From NCBI GenBank assembly GCA_963712745.1, contig CAVQJC010000004.1, forward strand, positions 128,001 to 192,000: DNA of 64,000 nt. The letters run 5' to 3'. The notes under the pieces were generated by a model. That model had not been told where the DNA came from, did not search any database, and saw only the letters and a program-made list of their open reading frames with translations. This stretch comes from an uncultured Chloroflexia bacterium. Lineage in GTDB: Bacteria; Chloroflexota; Limnocylindria; Limnocylindrales; CSP1-4. Positions 12,187 through 24,375 of this stretch are shown in pieces. The translations under genes and the position numbers were made by a program. How positions within the stretch are numbered: position 1 is the stretch's first letter; the number at the start of each line of letters is the position of its first letter.

Positions 12187-13754
12187 GCCGGGAGATCGAG
12201 GCTGATGAGCCAGACGTCGAGCATGCCGTCGTATGAGCGGACCTTGTCGGCCACCGCCTCGGGTACCGCTTCGTCGAGCGCGAGGACCATGAAGGCGATG
12301 GAACGCTTGTCCGAGCGGCCCAGGTGCATGTTGCTGATGTTGATATCGGCCTCACCCATGGCCCCGCCGACGAGGCCGATGGCGCCGGGCCGGTCCTGGT
12401 GGCGCGAGACGAGCATGTTGGCAGCCGGCGCAAGGTCGACCTCATAGCCGTCGAGTGCCACCAGCCGGGATTCGCCGCCGAATGACACGGTGCCGGACAC
12501 CGAGCGATCACCCGAGAGCGTCAGCAACGATGAATAGCGCCCGGCATCGGGCGTCTTGTGGACGGAGAGGTTGATACCCCGGGCCTTGGCCAGGGCGGGC
12601 GCGTTGATGACGTTGACCCGTTCTTCGGTGTGCTGCTCGAGGATGCCGCCAAGGGCGGCCGCGACCAGCGGCGCCGTGTCGAACCCGGCCAGCTGGCCGG
12701 CGACCTCGAGCGTGAGGCCGGCGAGGTCCTGCGAGAACTGCGCGTAGAACTGGCCCAGCGTGCGCGCCAACGGCAGGTAGGGCGCTAGCGCATCGGCCGT
12801 CTCCGGCGTGAGCAGGGGGGCGTTGACGGCGTAGCGAGCGGACCGTCCGGCCAGGACCTCGCGCACCTGTTCGGCAGCCTCGACCGCCACGCGCGTCTGC
12901 GCCTCTGCGGTGGAGGCGCCGAGGTGCGGGGTGAGGATGATGTTGGGCGCGCTCAGCAGTGGATCGTCCCCGGCCGGGGGCTCGGACGAGTAGACGTCCA
13001 CCGCGGCACCGGCGATGGTGCCGGCCGCCAGCGCGGCCGCCAGCGCGGCCTCGTCGACTACGCCACCGCGGGCCACGTTGATGATGTAAGCCTCGGGCTT
13101 CATCGACGCCAGCTCGTCGGTGGAGATGAGGTTGGCCGTGTCCTTGGTCTTGGGGACGTGGACGGTGATCGCGTCGGCGACCTTGAGGATCTCAGCCACC
13201 GACAGGGACTCGATGCCGTGCAGCCCGGCGGCCTCTGGCGTGACGTAGGGGTCATGGCCCACCACGTGCATGCCCAGGGCGCGGGCGCGGTCGGCCACGG
13301 CCATGCCGATCTTGCCCAGGCCGATGACGCCGAGCGTCTTGTCCACGAGCTCACGGCCCACGAAGGCCGAACGGTTCCACTGGCCCGCGTGCATCGAGGC
13401 ATCGGCCGCGGGTATCCGCCGGGCCAGGGCGAAGAGCAGCGCGAGCGTGTGCTCGGCGGCGGCGGTGGTGTTGCCCGTGGGCGCGTTGACCACGGTGATA
13501 CCGGCCGCGGTCGCGGCGGGGATGTCGATGTTGTCGACACCGACCCCGGCGCGGCCGATGACGATGAGCCTGGAGCCGGCGGCGATGGCCTCCGCGTCGG
13601 CCTTGACGCCGCTGCGTACCAGCAAGGCGTCGTACTCGGGCAGGGCCGCGAGGAAGTCGGACCGCTCCAGCCCCACGCGCACGTCGACGTCGTGTTCGGC
13701 CTGGAGGAGGGCCACGCCTTCGGGCGCCAGTTTCTCTGCAACCAACACGCGCAT
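12183..13754 (-). CDS. serA: D-3-phosphoglycerate dehydrogenase
   Basis: RAGVGVDNID, GLGKIG, NVARGG, TPHLGAST.EAQ, C-terminal ACT domain (HQDRPG). Confidence 0.95.
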   Translation of the reverse strand: MRVLVAEKLAPEGVALLQAEHDVDVRVGLERSDFLAALPEYDALLVRSGVKADAEAIAAGSRLIVIGRAGVGVDNIDIPAATAAGITVVNAPTGNTTAAAEHTLALLFALARRIPAADASMHAGQWNRSAFVGRELVDKTLGVIGLGKIGMAVADRARALGMHVVGHDPYVTPEAAGLHGIESLSVAEILKVADAITVHVPKTKDTANLISTDELASMKPEAYIINVARGGVVDEAALAAALAAGTIAGAAVDVYSSEPPAGDDPLLSAPNIILTPHLGASTAEAQTRVAVEAAEQVREVLAGRSARYAVNAPLLTPETADALAPYLPLARTLGQFYAQFSQDLAGLTLEVAGQLAGFDTAPLVAAALGGILEQHTEERVNVINAPALAKARGINLSVHKTPDAGRYSSLLTLSGDRSVSGTVSFGGESRLVALDGYEVDLAPAANMLVSRHQDRPGAIGLVGGAMGEADINISNMHLGRSDKRSIAFMVLALDEAVPEAVADKVRSYDGMLDVWLISLDLPA

Positions 13755-13756
13755 GG

Positions 13757-14942
13757 TCAGGCCGCCTCGCCGGCGCGGCGAGCTGCCGCCGGCCCCGCGC
13801 CCCGTTCGACCATCAGGCCGACCGCGACGGCACCCGTCTCGATGATCTCGATGGCCTTGACGATGTCATCGACGCTCACGTCACCGAGATGTCCGATACG
13901 GAAGAGCTTGCCCTTCATCATCCCCTGGCCACCGGCCAACTGCAGCCCACCGGCTCGCAACTCGTTGTTGAAGGCGGACCAGTCCGTGCCCTCGGGCACG
14001 AGCGCCGAGGTGACGGTGTCGGAGGCATGGGCAGCGTCGGCGAAGAGGTCGAAACCCATGGCCTCGAGCCCCGCACGCGCAGCTGCGCCGCAGGCAGCGT
14101 GGCGAGCGTAGATGGCCTCCGGGCCTTCGGCCTCCATGAGCTTGAGCGCGGCGTCCAGCTGGAAGAAGATGCCCACCGCCGGCGTCCACGGGGTCTGCCC
14201 TTTCGGTAACGCCTCGCGGTGCTTCAGCAGGTCGAAGTAGAACCGCGGCATGGTCGCCGACGCGGCCGCCGCCCAGGCCCGCTCGGAGGCTGCGGCCATG
14301 GCCAGGCCGGGCGGGATCGATCCAGGCCTTCTGAGCCCCGGTCACCACGACGTCGAGATCCCACGCGTCCATCTCCGTGGGGATGGCACCGACCGCGCTC
14401 ACGCCGTCGACGAGGATGAGCGTCTCGGGAGCCTCGGCGCGGATGGTCGCGGCCAGCTCTGGTAGCGGGTTCGTGACTCCCGTGGAGGTCTCATTGAACG
14501 TGACCAGCACGGCCTTGGGGCTGTGTCCTTGGGCAGCCATGGCGCGGAGGGCGTCGCGGATGGCATCGGGATCGGCTGCCTGGCCCCACTCGAACTCGAG
14601 CATGGTCACGTCAGCTCCATAGGCCGTGGCGATCTTGGCGAAGCGCTCGCCGAAGTTGCCGATACTCACCGAGAGCACCGGGTCGCCCGGCGAGAGGAAG
14701 CTGACGATGGCCGCCTCCAGTCCGCCCGTGCCCGAGGAGGTCAGGATCATGACATCGCTGGTGGTCTGGAAGAATGGGCGCATCCCTTCGCTGCAGCGGG
14801 TCACCAGTTCCATGAACTCGGGACCACGGTGGCCCACCATCTGGAGCGAACCGGCTTGGCGGACGGCGTCCGGCAGGGGAGTCGGGCCGGGGATGCGGAG
14901 GTACTGGGGCGGCACGGAAGTCTCCTCGCTGGGCCTGGGCAT
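13757..14942 (-). pseudogene. Class V PLP aminotransferase (SerC-like/serine-pyruvate AT), split by a +1 frameshift at ~14319
   Basis: LRIPGPT, SSGTGGLEAA, NETSTG, DGVS, QKAW in 5' ORF; PWTP and FRIGHLG in 3' ORF; deleting G14319 restores QKAWMIPPGLAM. Confidence 0.8.
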
Positions 14943-15017
14943 GATGGGTCGGCGTTGGTCTGGACTGGATGCCTAGATGGTAGCCGTCAGCGATGCGCGG
15001 CGCACTAGACTCGGCGG

Positions 15018-16403
15018 ATGACCCCCGCCCGATCCGACCCGCACTCTGCTGTGCGTCCCGAAGCCCTGTCACTGCCGGTCGAGACCGGGCACGTGCCGCT
15101 CGCCGCGCGCATGCGCCCGGTCACGCTCGAGGACGTGGTCGGCCAGGAGCCCCTGGTGGGGCGCAGCGGCGCCCTGCGCCGTATGGTCGAGCGCGGGCGA
15201 CTGGTTTCGATGGTGCTGTGGGGGCCGCCGGGCGTGGGCAAGACGACCCTGGCCAGGCTGGCCGCCAAGGCGGTCGATGCGCCGATGGAGACGCTGTCGG
15301 CCACATCGAGCGGCGTCAAGGACGTGCGCACGGTGGTGGCCCAGGCCCGCGACTGGGCCGGGCGCGGTGGCGGCTCCACCGTGCTCTTCATCGACGAGAT
15401 CCACCGTTTCAATAAGGCCCAGCAAGACGCGCTGCTGCCGCATGTCGAGGAGGGTGTGGTCACGCTCATCGGGGCTACCACCGAGAACCCCTACTTCGAG
15501 GTCAACTCGGCCCTGCTCTCGCGACTGCGCGTCTTCCGCCTCGAGCTCCTTTCCGACGAGGACCTCGGCGCCATCGTCGATCGGGCCCTGGCCAGCCAGC
15601 GAGGGCTCGGCGGGCGGGTCACGCTCGCGGCCGATGCTCGCGAGCACCTCATCGCCATCAGCGCGGGAGACGCGCGCGCAGTGCTCAACATCCTGGAGTC
15701 GGCAGCATCGATGGCGGGCGCCGACGACCCCCAGTCCCCGACCCCGGTCTCGCCCACCCTGGAGGACATCGAGACCGCCGCCCAGCAACGTGTGCTCGCC
15801 TACGACCGCGCCGGCGACGGGCACTACGGCACGGTCTCGGCCTTCATCAAGTCGGTGCGAGGGAACGACCCTGACGCGGCGCTCTACTGGCTGGCCACGA
15901 TGGTGGCAGCGGGGGAGGATCCCAAGTTCATCGCCCGGCGGCTCTTCATCTCGGCCAGCGAGGACGTGGGCAATGCTGACCCTCGGGCTCTACAGATCGC
16001 GATGGCCGCTGCGCAGGCGGTCGACTGGGTGGGGCTGCCGGAGTGCCAATACGCCTTGGCCCAAGCCGCCGTGTACATCGCCACAGCGCCCAAGTCGAAC
16101 CGCTCCGGACAGGCGTACTGGGCTGCGATGGAGGACGTGCGCAAGTATGGCTCTCTGCCGGTCCCGAAGCACCTACTGAATGCGCCGCACCGAGGGATGC
16201 GCAGCCACGGTATCGGCGTCGGCTACAAGCTGCCGCACGACTACGAGGGTGCCGATGTCGACCAGCAGTATCTGCCTGCCGAGTTGGTCGGCAGGCGCTA
16301 CTACGAGCCTTCGGACCAGGGCTGGGAGGCTCGCATCCGCGAGCGGATGGACGGGCTGATGGCAGCGAGAGAGAAGGGGAGTCGGAAACGGTCCACGCGG
16401 TAA
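15018..16403 (+). CDS. rarA: Replication-associated recombination protein A (RarA/MgsA)
   Basis: PLAARMRP, GPPGVGKTT, DEIHRFNKAQQD, GATTENP, SAFIKSVRG.DPDA, SEDVGNADP. Confidence 0.95.
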   Translation: MTPARSDPHSAVRPEALSLPVETGHVPLAARMRPVTLEDVVGQEPLVGRSGALRRMVERGRLVSMVLWGPPGVGKTTLARLAAKAVDAPMETLSATSSGVKDVRTVVAQARDWAGRGGGSTVLFIDEIHRFNKAQQDALLPHVEEGVVTLIGATTENPYFEVNSALLSRLRVFRLELLSDEDLGAIVDRALASQRGLGGRVTLAADAREHLIAISAGDARAVLNILESAASMAGADDPQSPTPVSPTLEDIETAAQQRVLAYDRAGDGHYGTVSAFIKSVRGNDPDAALYWLATMVAAGEDPKFIARRLFISASEDVGNADPRALQIAMAAAQAVDWVGLPECQYALAQAAVYIATAPKSNRSGQAYWAAMEDVRKYGSLPVPKHLLNAPHRGMRSHGIGVGYKLPHDYEGADVDQQYLPAELVGRRYYEPSDQGWEARIRERMDGLMAAREKGSRKRSTR

Positions 16404-16652
16404 GGCCGAGTACCCCGATCGGCTCGGGTGCTCGCATGGGTGCAGCGCAGGTAAGGCGTGTGCCAGCAGCGCGTCCCGCAGCACCGCCGCGTCGTCCTCG
16501 CTCGACAACGCCAGCTGCCGCGACACCTGCTCGCCCTGCGGTGTGAGCGTGTAGATCGGCTCGCCGTCCTCGCGCGTCGTGACGGTGATGAGGCCGGCGC
16601 GCTCGAGCTCGGCCACGATGGCGTTGGTCTCCTCGATGTGCTGGTCGGTCAT
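16173..16652 (-). CDS. Small hypothetical protein, winged-helix-like N-terminus; 3' end uncertain (overlaps rarA)
   Basis: LERAGLI...YTLTPQGEQV resembles a wHTH wing; -10-like TACCCT 6 nt before ATG. Confidence 0.5.
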   Translation of the reverse strand: MTDQHIEETNAIVAELERAGLITVTTREDGEPIYTLTPQGEQVSRQLALSSEDDAAVLRDALLAHALPALHPCEHPSRSGYSALPRGPFPTPLLSRCHQPVHPLADASLPALVRRLVVAPADQLGRQILLVDIGTLVVVRQLVADADTVAAHPSVRRIQ

Positions 16653-16880
16653 GGCGAGAGGGTAGCGGGGTCCACTCGTATCAGGCCCGCCCTGATTGCC
16701 AGCGACGGGAGAATCTCAGTACGTGGTCGCGCCGTGCGTGCCGAGTGGCCACCTCCGGTGCAGGAACGCGCGCTATCGTCGCTCGTGATCGTCCTCGGCG
16801 GCGGCCGACAGAAGTCGGCGGACTGCAGTCGGCGCAGGCCCTAGACTCTGGCCAAGCACCAGCACTAAGGAAGACACCGC

Positions 16881-17156
16881 ATGGGAACCATCTCGCTCCT
16901 CCTGGCCTTCACCGTCATCGCGCTCGTCGCAGGTTTCGTAGCCAACCTCCTGGTGGGCAAGAACAAGGGCTTCCAGAACTGGGAGCTGTTCGTGGCCGGC
17001 ATCATCGGCTCGTTCGTCGGCGGCGCCATCCTCAATCTGCTCATCAACGGCAACCTCGACTTCCAGATCAGTGGCCTGCTTGGCTCGATCCTCGGCGCCA
17101 TCGTGGTGCTGGCCATCTGGGGCTGGCTGCGTGTGAACGTCCTCAAGACGAAGTAG
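16881..17156 (+). CDS. GlsB/YeaQ/YmgE-family (transglycosylase-associated) membrane protein
   Basis: VAGFVANLL...GIIGSFVGG...SILGAIVVL; AAGGA RBS. Confidence 0.9.
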   Translation: MGTISLLLAFTVIALVAGFVANLLVGKNKGFQNWELFVAGIIGSFVGGAILNLLINGNLDFQISGLLGSILGAIVVLAIWGWLRVNVLKTK

Positions 17157-17186
17157 CAAGGCGGACACTGACGGGCCCCGGAATCT

Positions 17187-17216
17187 GAACGACCGGGTCA
17201 ACCGACCCGGTCGTTC
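17187..17216. terminator. Hairpin between convergent genes (probable bidirectional terminator)
   Basis: GAACGACCGGGTC-AACC-GACCCGGTCGTTC, perfect 13-bp stem. Confidence 0.7.
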
Positions 17217-17236
17217 TGTCATGCCTGAGCGGCGGG

Positions 17237-17665
17237 CTAGTAGAGGCTGAGGACGTCCAGCGCGACGAACACCACCCAGGCGAGCGCGAGGGCGATGATC
17301 AGGATCAGCGAGACCACGCCGATGCGGCGGATGTCCTCACGCACCCAGACGTCCTCGGCGGCCGCACGCGCGGCGAGGTCGGCCGGGCGCGACTTGGCCT
17401 GGCGCTGGGCTCGCCGGCGCCTCTTGCTCTCGACTGGCGCCGGCGCCGGTGCAGGAGCCGTGGTCGCGGCCACGGCTGAGGCGGCGATCTCGTCGACTTC
17501 GACCTCGCTGTAGCTGGCGTCGATGGGCTCGAGATCGAGAGTGGCCCCTTCCCGCGCAGCGTCTTCGGCCGGACTGGTCGACCCATCCGCCGTCTTCCTG
17601 CTGCGAGTGGGCCCCTTGCCACCGGGTAGGTGGGTGGAGCGGCTGCCGCGAACCCGCTTGGCCAC
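17237..17665 (-). CDS. Hypothetical protein with basic N-terminus and C-terminal TM helix
   Basis: GTG 17665 with GAGGAG RBS; VREDIRRIGVVSLILIIALALAWVVF. Confidence 0.7.
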   Translation of the reverse strand: MAKRVRGSRSTHLPGGKGPTRSRKTADGSTSPAEDAAREGATLDLEPIDASYSEVEVDEIAASAVAATTAPAPAPAPVESKRRRRAQRQAKSRPADLAARAAAEDVWVREDIRRIGVVSLILIIALALAWVVFVALDVLSLY

Positions 17666-17758
17666 GTGATCTCCTCGTCCTGTTGTTGTGAGAACCGGAG
17701 TCGAGGATAGCATCGGGTCCGGCCACAGCGCCGCCGCGACCGCTGCTACGATCGAGAC

Positions 17759-18247
17759 ATGGAGGCGATCGCGCTCATCCTGGCCCTGGCTGCCCTCGTC
17801 CTGGCGGGTGTGGCGGTGGTCCTGGTACTGCGTTTGCGGCGTGGTTCGGGCGAGCTCTCCCCGGGGGGTGGCCGGACACATGACCTCGAGCGGTACGCCA
17901 GCCAGCTCGGACAGCGGATCGGCACCGTGGAGGCGGAGATGGACGCCGTGCGGCGCGGGACCATGCCAGAGGCAGCCATGGTGGCCAGCCCCCTGCCCCG
18001 CGGCACAGCGGCGATCTCGCGTATCGGCCTCATCCGGTTCGATGCCTTCGAAGACGCGGGCGGCGCACAGTCGTTCGCACTCGCCCTCGTCGACGATGAC
18101 GGGGACGGCATCGTCCTGACCAGCCTGCACTCGCGGCCGACGACCCGGGTATACGTCAAGACCATCCGACGCGGTGTGGCCGACTCCCCGCTCTCAGGCG
18201 AGGAGGAACGGGCACTGCGGGATGCCGGGATCACACCGACCGTGTGA
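17759..18247 (+). CDS. DUF4446-family membrane-anchored protein
   Basis: GLIRFDAFEDAGGAQSFALALVD..GDGIVLTSLHSR...YVK...LS.EE. Confidence 0.85.
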   Translation: MEAIALILALAALVLAGVAVVLVLRLRRGSGELSPGGGRTHDLERYASQLGQRIGTVEAEMDAVRRGTMPEAAMVASPLPRGTAAISRIGLIRFDAFEDAGGAQSFALALVDDDGDGIVLTSLHSRPTTRVYVKTIRRGVADSPLSGEEERALRDAGITPTV

Positions 18248-18276
18248 CACGGTAGCTGTCACGAGCCGGCCCGACG

Positions 18277-21200
18277 ATGGGCCAGATGACAGCCATCCGC
18301 CCATCTCTGCCCTCGTCAAGCGAGGTTGCGCGACCAGGTTCCAGCCCCCTCGGGCCAGTCGTGATCGATGGCGTCCGACAGCTGCTTGCGGGACTCGATC
18401 GGCGGCAGCGACAGGCCGTGACGCACGGTGAAGGGCCCCTCCTGGTCGTGGCCGGCCCCGGCACGGGCAAGACCGAGGTCATCACCAGGCGGATAGCCTG
18501 GCTCATCGCGAGCAAGCGAGCGCGCCCTTCGGAGATCCTGGCTCTCACCTTCACCGAGAGAGCGGCGGACGAGATGCAGGCCCGGGTCGATGTGCTCGTG
18601 CCCTACGGGCAGGCGGACACGGCCATCTCCACGTTCCATGCCTTCGGTGATTGGCTCCTGCGCGAGCATGGTCACCAGATCGGGCGTCCGGACGACCCGC
18701 GTGTCATCGGACGTTCGCATGCCCTGGTGCTGCTGCGCGACAACGTGTTCGACCTCGGCCTGGAGCGTTTCCTGCCACTGGGTGACCCGACCAGGTTCCT
18801 GGGGGCTCTCGTCGACCTCTTTGGTCGAGCCAAGGAGGAAGGCGTCTCGCCGGACGAGCTCGACGCGTACGCCGTCGAACTCGAGGCCGGGGCGCAAGCG
18901 GCGCTGGCCGGCGCGGAGCGCGGCCAGGCCCGTGAGGCTCTCGAGGCACTGCTTGACGAAGCTGCCGTCCAGGCGGAGCTGGCTCGAGCCTACCGTGCCT
19001 ACCAGCAACTGCTCATCGAGCATTCCCTCGTCGACCATGGGGACCAGGTGGCAGAAGCCGTACGCCTGCTCGACGAGCGTGCCGTGGTGCGGCTGACCCT
19101 ACGCCGCCGGTTCCGCTACGTCGTGGTGGACGAGGCCCAGGACGCCAATCCCCAGCAACTGCGCCTGGTAAGGCAGTTGGTGGGCAGCGCCGGCAACGTC
19201 ACCTTCGTCGGCGACGACGACCAGGCCATCTACTCGTTCCGCGGAGCGGTAGGGCAGGGGCTGGCCGCGCTGGACGGGAGCTACGACTCGGTCAGGGAGG
19301 TCGTGCTGCGACGCAACTACCGCTCCCGAAAGCCCATCCTCGAGGCTGCCCGACGCCTCATCCGCCACAACGATCCTGAGCGTCTCGAGGTGCAGCGCGG
19401 GTTGGACAAGACGCTGACCGCGGTGCGCCGCTCCCGTCGGCCGGCGATGGTGACGCACCGTGTCTACCGCACCCCGGCCGACGAGGCTGATGCGGTGGCC
19501 GCTGACATCAGGCAACGCCTGGATGGGGGGAAGCCGCCGGACTCGATAGCTGTTCTGGTGCGTACCAATGCCGACGCGGGCCCGGTCCTGGCCAGCCTCG
19601 ACGTCCTGGGCATCCCGCGCCGTTTCTCTGGTGCATCGGGCCTGCTTGGGCATCGCGAGGTCCGCGACGTGGTGAGCCTGCTGCGAGCAATCGCGGCACC
19701 GGATTCATCGGAGGACCTGTACGCGCTCCTGACATCAGCGCCATACGGACTCGGCGGAGAGGACCTCACGCTCATCTGCGACACCGCCAATCGCCGTCAC
19801 CGAAGCCTCTGGGCGGTGGTCAGCGAACTCGTCGAGCAGCCTGGTCTCATGCGCCTCTCGGCTGACACCCGGAAGTGTTTGCAGCGGGCCGTTTCGGACC
19901 TGCGCCACTCGATGTCACTGGCCCACGAGCGCCCGGCGCCCATCGTCATGTACGAGCACCTGGGCCGCAGCGGCTGGCTCAAACAGCTCGTCGCCCAGGC
20001 TGAGCGGGGTGACGACGGCCCGCTCCGCCGGGTGGCCCGTCTGTTCGAGATCGTCAAGGAGCAGGCAGACATCATGCGTGACCCCCGGGTTGCATCGGTG
20101 GTGCCAGCCCTGCGCGCATTGCTCGATGCCGGCCACGACCCGGTCACGCCTGACGCCCACGAGCTCGGCGCCTCGGTCTCGGTGCTGACCGTGCATCAGG
20201 CCAAGGGGCTCGAGTTCGAGGTCGTCTACGTCGTGGGCGTGGCAGAAGGCCGCTTCCCGCTGCGTGCCCGACGAGACACGCTCTCCCTGCCCGCCGCCCT
20301 GTGCGAGCTCAGCGGCTCTGACGACCCCGACACTCACCGTCGCGAGGAGCGGCGCCTGTTCTACGTGGCCATGACCCGCGCTCGCGACGAGCTGCAGCTC
20401 AGCCACGCCTCGGCAGGACGCGACAACGGGCGCCGCCGGAGACCTTCGCAGTTTCTCGCCGAGGCCCTGGGCTACGAGGTCGAGGCCAGGCCGGAAGCTG
20501 CGGCACTGACGATGCTGGAGCCGCCCACCGAGCCGGCTCGGAGCGCCGGCGCGGAGACGGCCCGGGGAGCCGACGACGCGCTCACGCTCAGCTTCACGCA
20601 GGTCGACGACTACCTTTCCTGCCCGCTCAAGTACCGCCTCCGTCACGTGCTGCACGTCCCGACCCCGCCTCACCATGCTCTGGTCTTCGGCAATGCCATC
20701 CACCAGGCAGTGGCGGTCGCCAACAAGGCCCGCCAGCGGGGCGAGATCGTCCGCCTGGAGGTGCTGGAGGAGACCCTGGGACTGCACTGGCGGGGCGAGG
20801 GCTTCCTGTCAGCGGAGCACGAGGCCGCTCGCCTCGAAGCCGGCCAGGCGGCGTTGGCCCGGTTCAGGGAGCGCCTCGCCGGCGCGGTCGACGAGGTCGT
20901 GGCGGTCGAGCAGCCGTTCTCGGTGCGTATCGGCAGGGACCGGGTCCGCGGCCGATACGACCTGGTCAGGCGCACCGACTCGGGCATCGTCGTCACCGAC
21001 TACAAGTCCGGCGACATACGCGACCCGGACCGCGCCCGGCAGCGTGCCCGCAATTCACTGCAATTGCGGATCTACGCGCTCGCCTGGGAGGCAGAGCACG
21101 GGGAGCTACCGGACGCGGTCGAGCTGCATTTCCTGGAGGGCGGCGTGGTCGGTCGTGTCAGCCCAACGGCCCGGCAGCTCGAGGCCGCCCGGCAGAAGGT

Positions 21201-21306
21201 GGAGACTGCTGCCACCGGCATCCGTGCCGCTGGGTTCGAGGCCAGCCCCGGCTACCCGGCCTGCGATTGGTGTCCGTACCGGCGGATCTGCCCGGCCGCG
21301 CCCTGA
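18277..21306 (+). CDS. UvrD/PcrA-type SF1 helicase fused to PD-(D/E)XK nuclease with Fe-S cysteines (start uncertain, may be 18361)
   Basis: AGPGTGKT, VDEAQD, VGDDDQAIYSFRGA, NYRS, TVHQAKGLEF, EERRLFYVAMTRA; nuclease GRYD...DYKSG, QL.IY; CPLKY and CDWCPYRRIC. Confidence 0.92.
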   Translation: MGQMTAIRPSLPSSSEVARPGSSPLGPVVIDGVRQLLAGLDRRQRQAVTHGEGPLLVVAGPGTGKTEVITRRIAWLIASKRARPSEILALTFTERAADEMQARVDVLVPYGQADTAISTFHAFGDWLLREHGHQIGRPDDPRVIGRSHALVLLRDNVFDLGLERFLPLGDPTRFLGALVDLFGRAKEEGVSPDELDAYAVELEAGAQAALAGAERGQAREALEALLDEAAVQAELARAYRAYQQLLIEHSLVDHGDQVAEAVRLLDERAVVRLTLRRRFRYVVVDEAQDANPQQLRLVRQLVGSAGNVTFVGDDDQAIYSFRGAVGQGLAALDGSYDSVREVVLRRNYRSRKPILEAARRLIRHNDPERLEVQRGLDKTLTAVRRSRRPAMVTHRVYRTPADEADAVAADIRQRLDGGKPPDSIAVLVRTNADAGPVLASLDVLGIPRRFSGASGLLGHREVRDVVSLLRAIAAPDSSEDLYALLTSAPYGLGGEDLTLICDTANRRHRSLWAVVSELVEQPGLMRLSADTRKCLQRAVSDLRHSMSLAHERPAPIVMYEHLGRSGWLKQLVAQAERGDDGPLRRVARLFEIVKEQADIMRDPRVASVVPALRALLDAGHDPVTPDAHELGASVSVLTVHQAKGLEFEVVYVVGVAEGRFPLRARRDTLSLPAALCELSGSDDPDTHRREERRLFYVAMTRARDELQLSHASAGRDNGRRRRPSQFLAEALGYEVEARPEAAALTMLEPPTEPARSAGAETARGADDALTLSFTQVDDYLSCPLKYRLRHVLHVPTPPHHALVFGNAIHQAVAVANKARQRGEIVRLEVLEETLGLHWRGEGFLSAEHEAARLEAGQAALARFRERLAGAVDEVVAVEQPFSVRIGRDRVRGRYDLVRRTDSGIVVTDYKSGDIRDPDRARQRARNSLQLRIYALAWEAEHGELPDAVELHFLEGGVVGRVSPTARQLEAARQKVETAATGIRAAGFEASPGYPACDWCPYRRICPAAP

Positions 21307-21329
21307 GGCAGCGGGCTACACTCCGGCCG

Positions 21330-21686
21330 GTGTCTGCCCGAGATCGCACGGTCACGCTCATCCTCGTCGGTGCTGCCATCGCGGCCTGGTTCGTGGTCGC
21401 CATCGTGTTCACGATGATCTCGCCCGAGGATGACGCGGGGGCCCAGCTGCTCGGCGCTCTCGCGCTGGGCTCGGCCGTCGGCCTGACCCTTTGGCCACTG
21501 CTCTGGTCAGCCAGCCGGCAGGTCCCGGGAGGCATCACCACCTCTGCCCGCCGTAGCGCACTCGCGGGATTGGTCGTTTCCGTCCTGGTGGTGCTGCGGG
21601 CCATCGATGTGGTGGCGCTACCGCTGCTCATCTTCATCGTGGTGGCAGCGGTGCTGGTGGAGGTCGCCTTCATGCTCCGGCGCTAG
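21330..21686 (+). CDS. Small 4-TM membrane protein
   Basis: Hydrophobic ORF; TACACT 7 nt upstream of GTG. Confidence 0.7.
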   Translation: MSARDRTVTLILVGAAIAAWFVVAIVFTMISPEDDAGAQLLGALALGSAVGLTLWPLLWSASRQVPGGITTSARRSALAGLVVSVLVVLRAIDVVALPLLIFIVVAAVLVEVAFMLRR

Positions 21687-21691
21687 GACGA

Positions 21692-21709
21692 GGCCCCATG
21701 AGTGGGGCC
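21692..21709. terminator. Hairpin between convergent genes
   Basis: GGCCCCA-TGAG-TGGGGCC. Confidence 0.45.
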
Positions 21710-21781
21710 CTCACCGCGCGCCAAGACACCCCGGACGCGGGGACCTGCGCCCGCGAGGAATGGAAGCCGCGAGGCCCTCGG

Positions 21782-24169
<2,388 letters not shown>

Positions 24170-24375
24170 GGTGTCTCCGTCTGTGGGGCGCGATCGCCTT
24201 CGTCGGGCAGGGCCCGTCCTCGCGGTCTCCGTCCGCCTCTCCCGGCTCGACCGGACCAGCTACGAGAAGTATGTCTGGTTCTGCTGCGTCGGCACGCTCG
24301 CCGCAGCACCGGACTGGGCAGCCGCCGCGCGCGACCGGGAGCGAGCGCACAATGGAAAGACCATGGACCTGACCG

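Noticed and set aside
20580-21306. Cas4 gene
   Set aside because: It is the nuclease domain fused to the UvrD helicase; no CRISPR context
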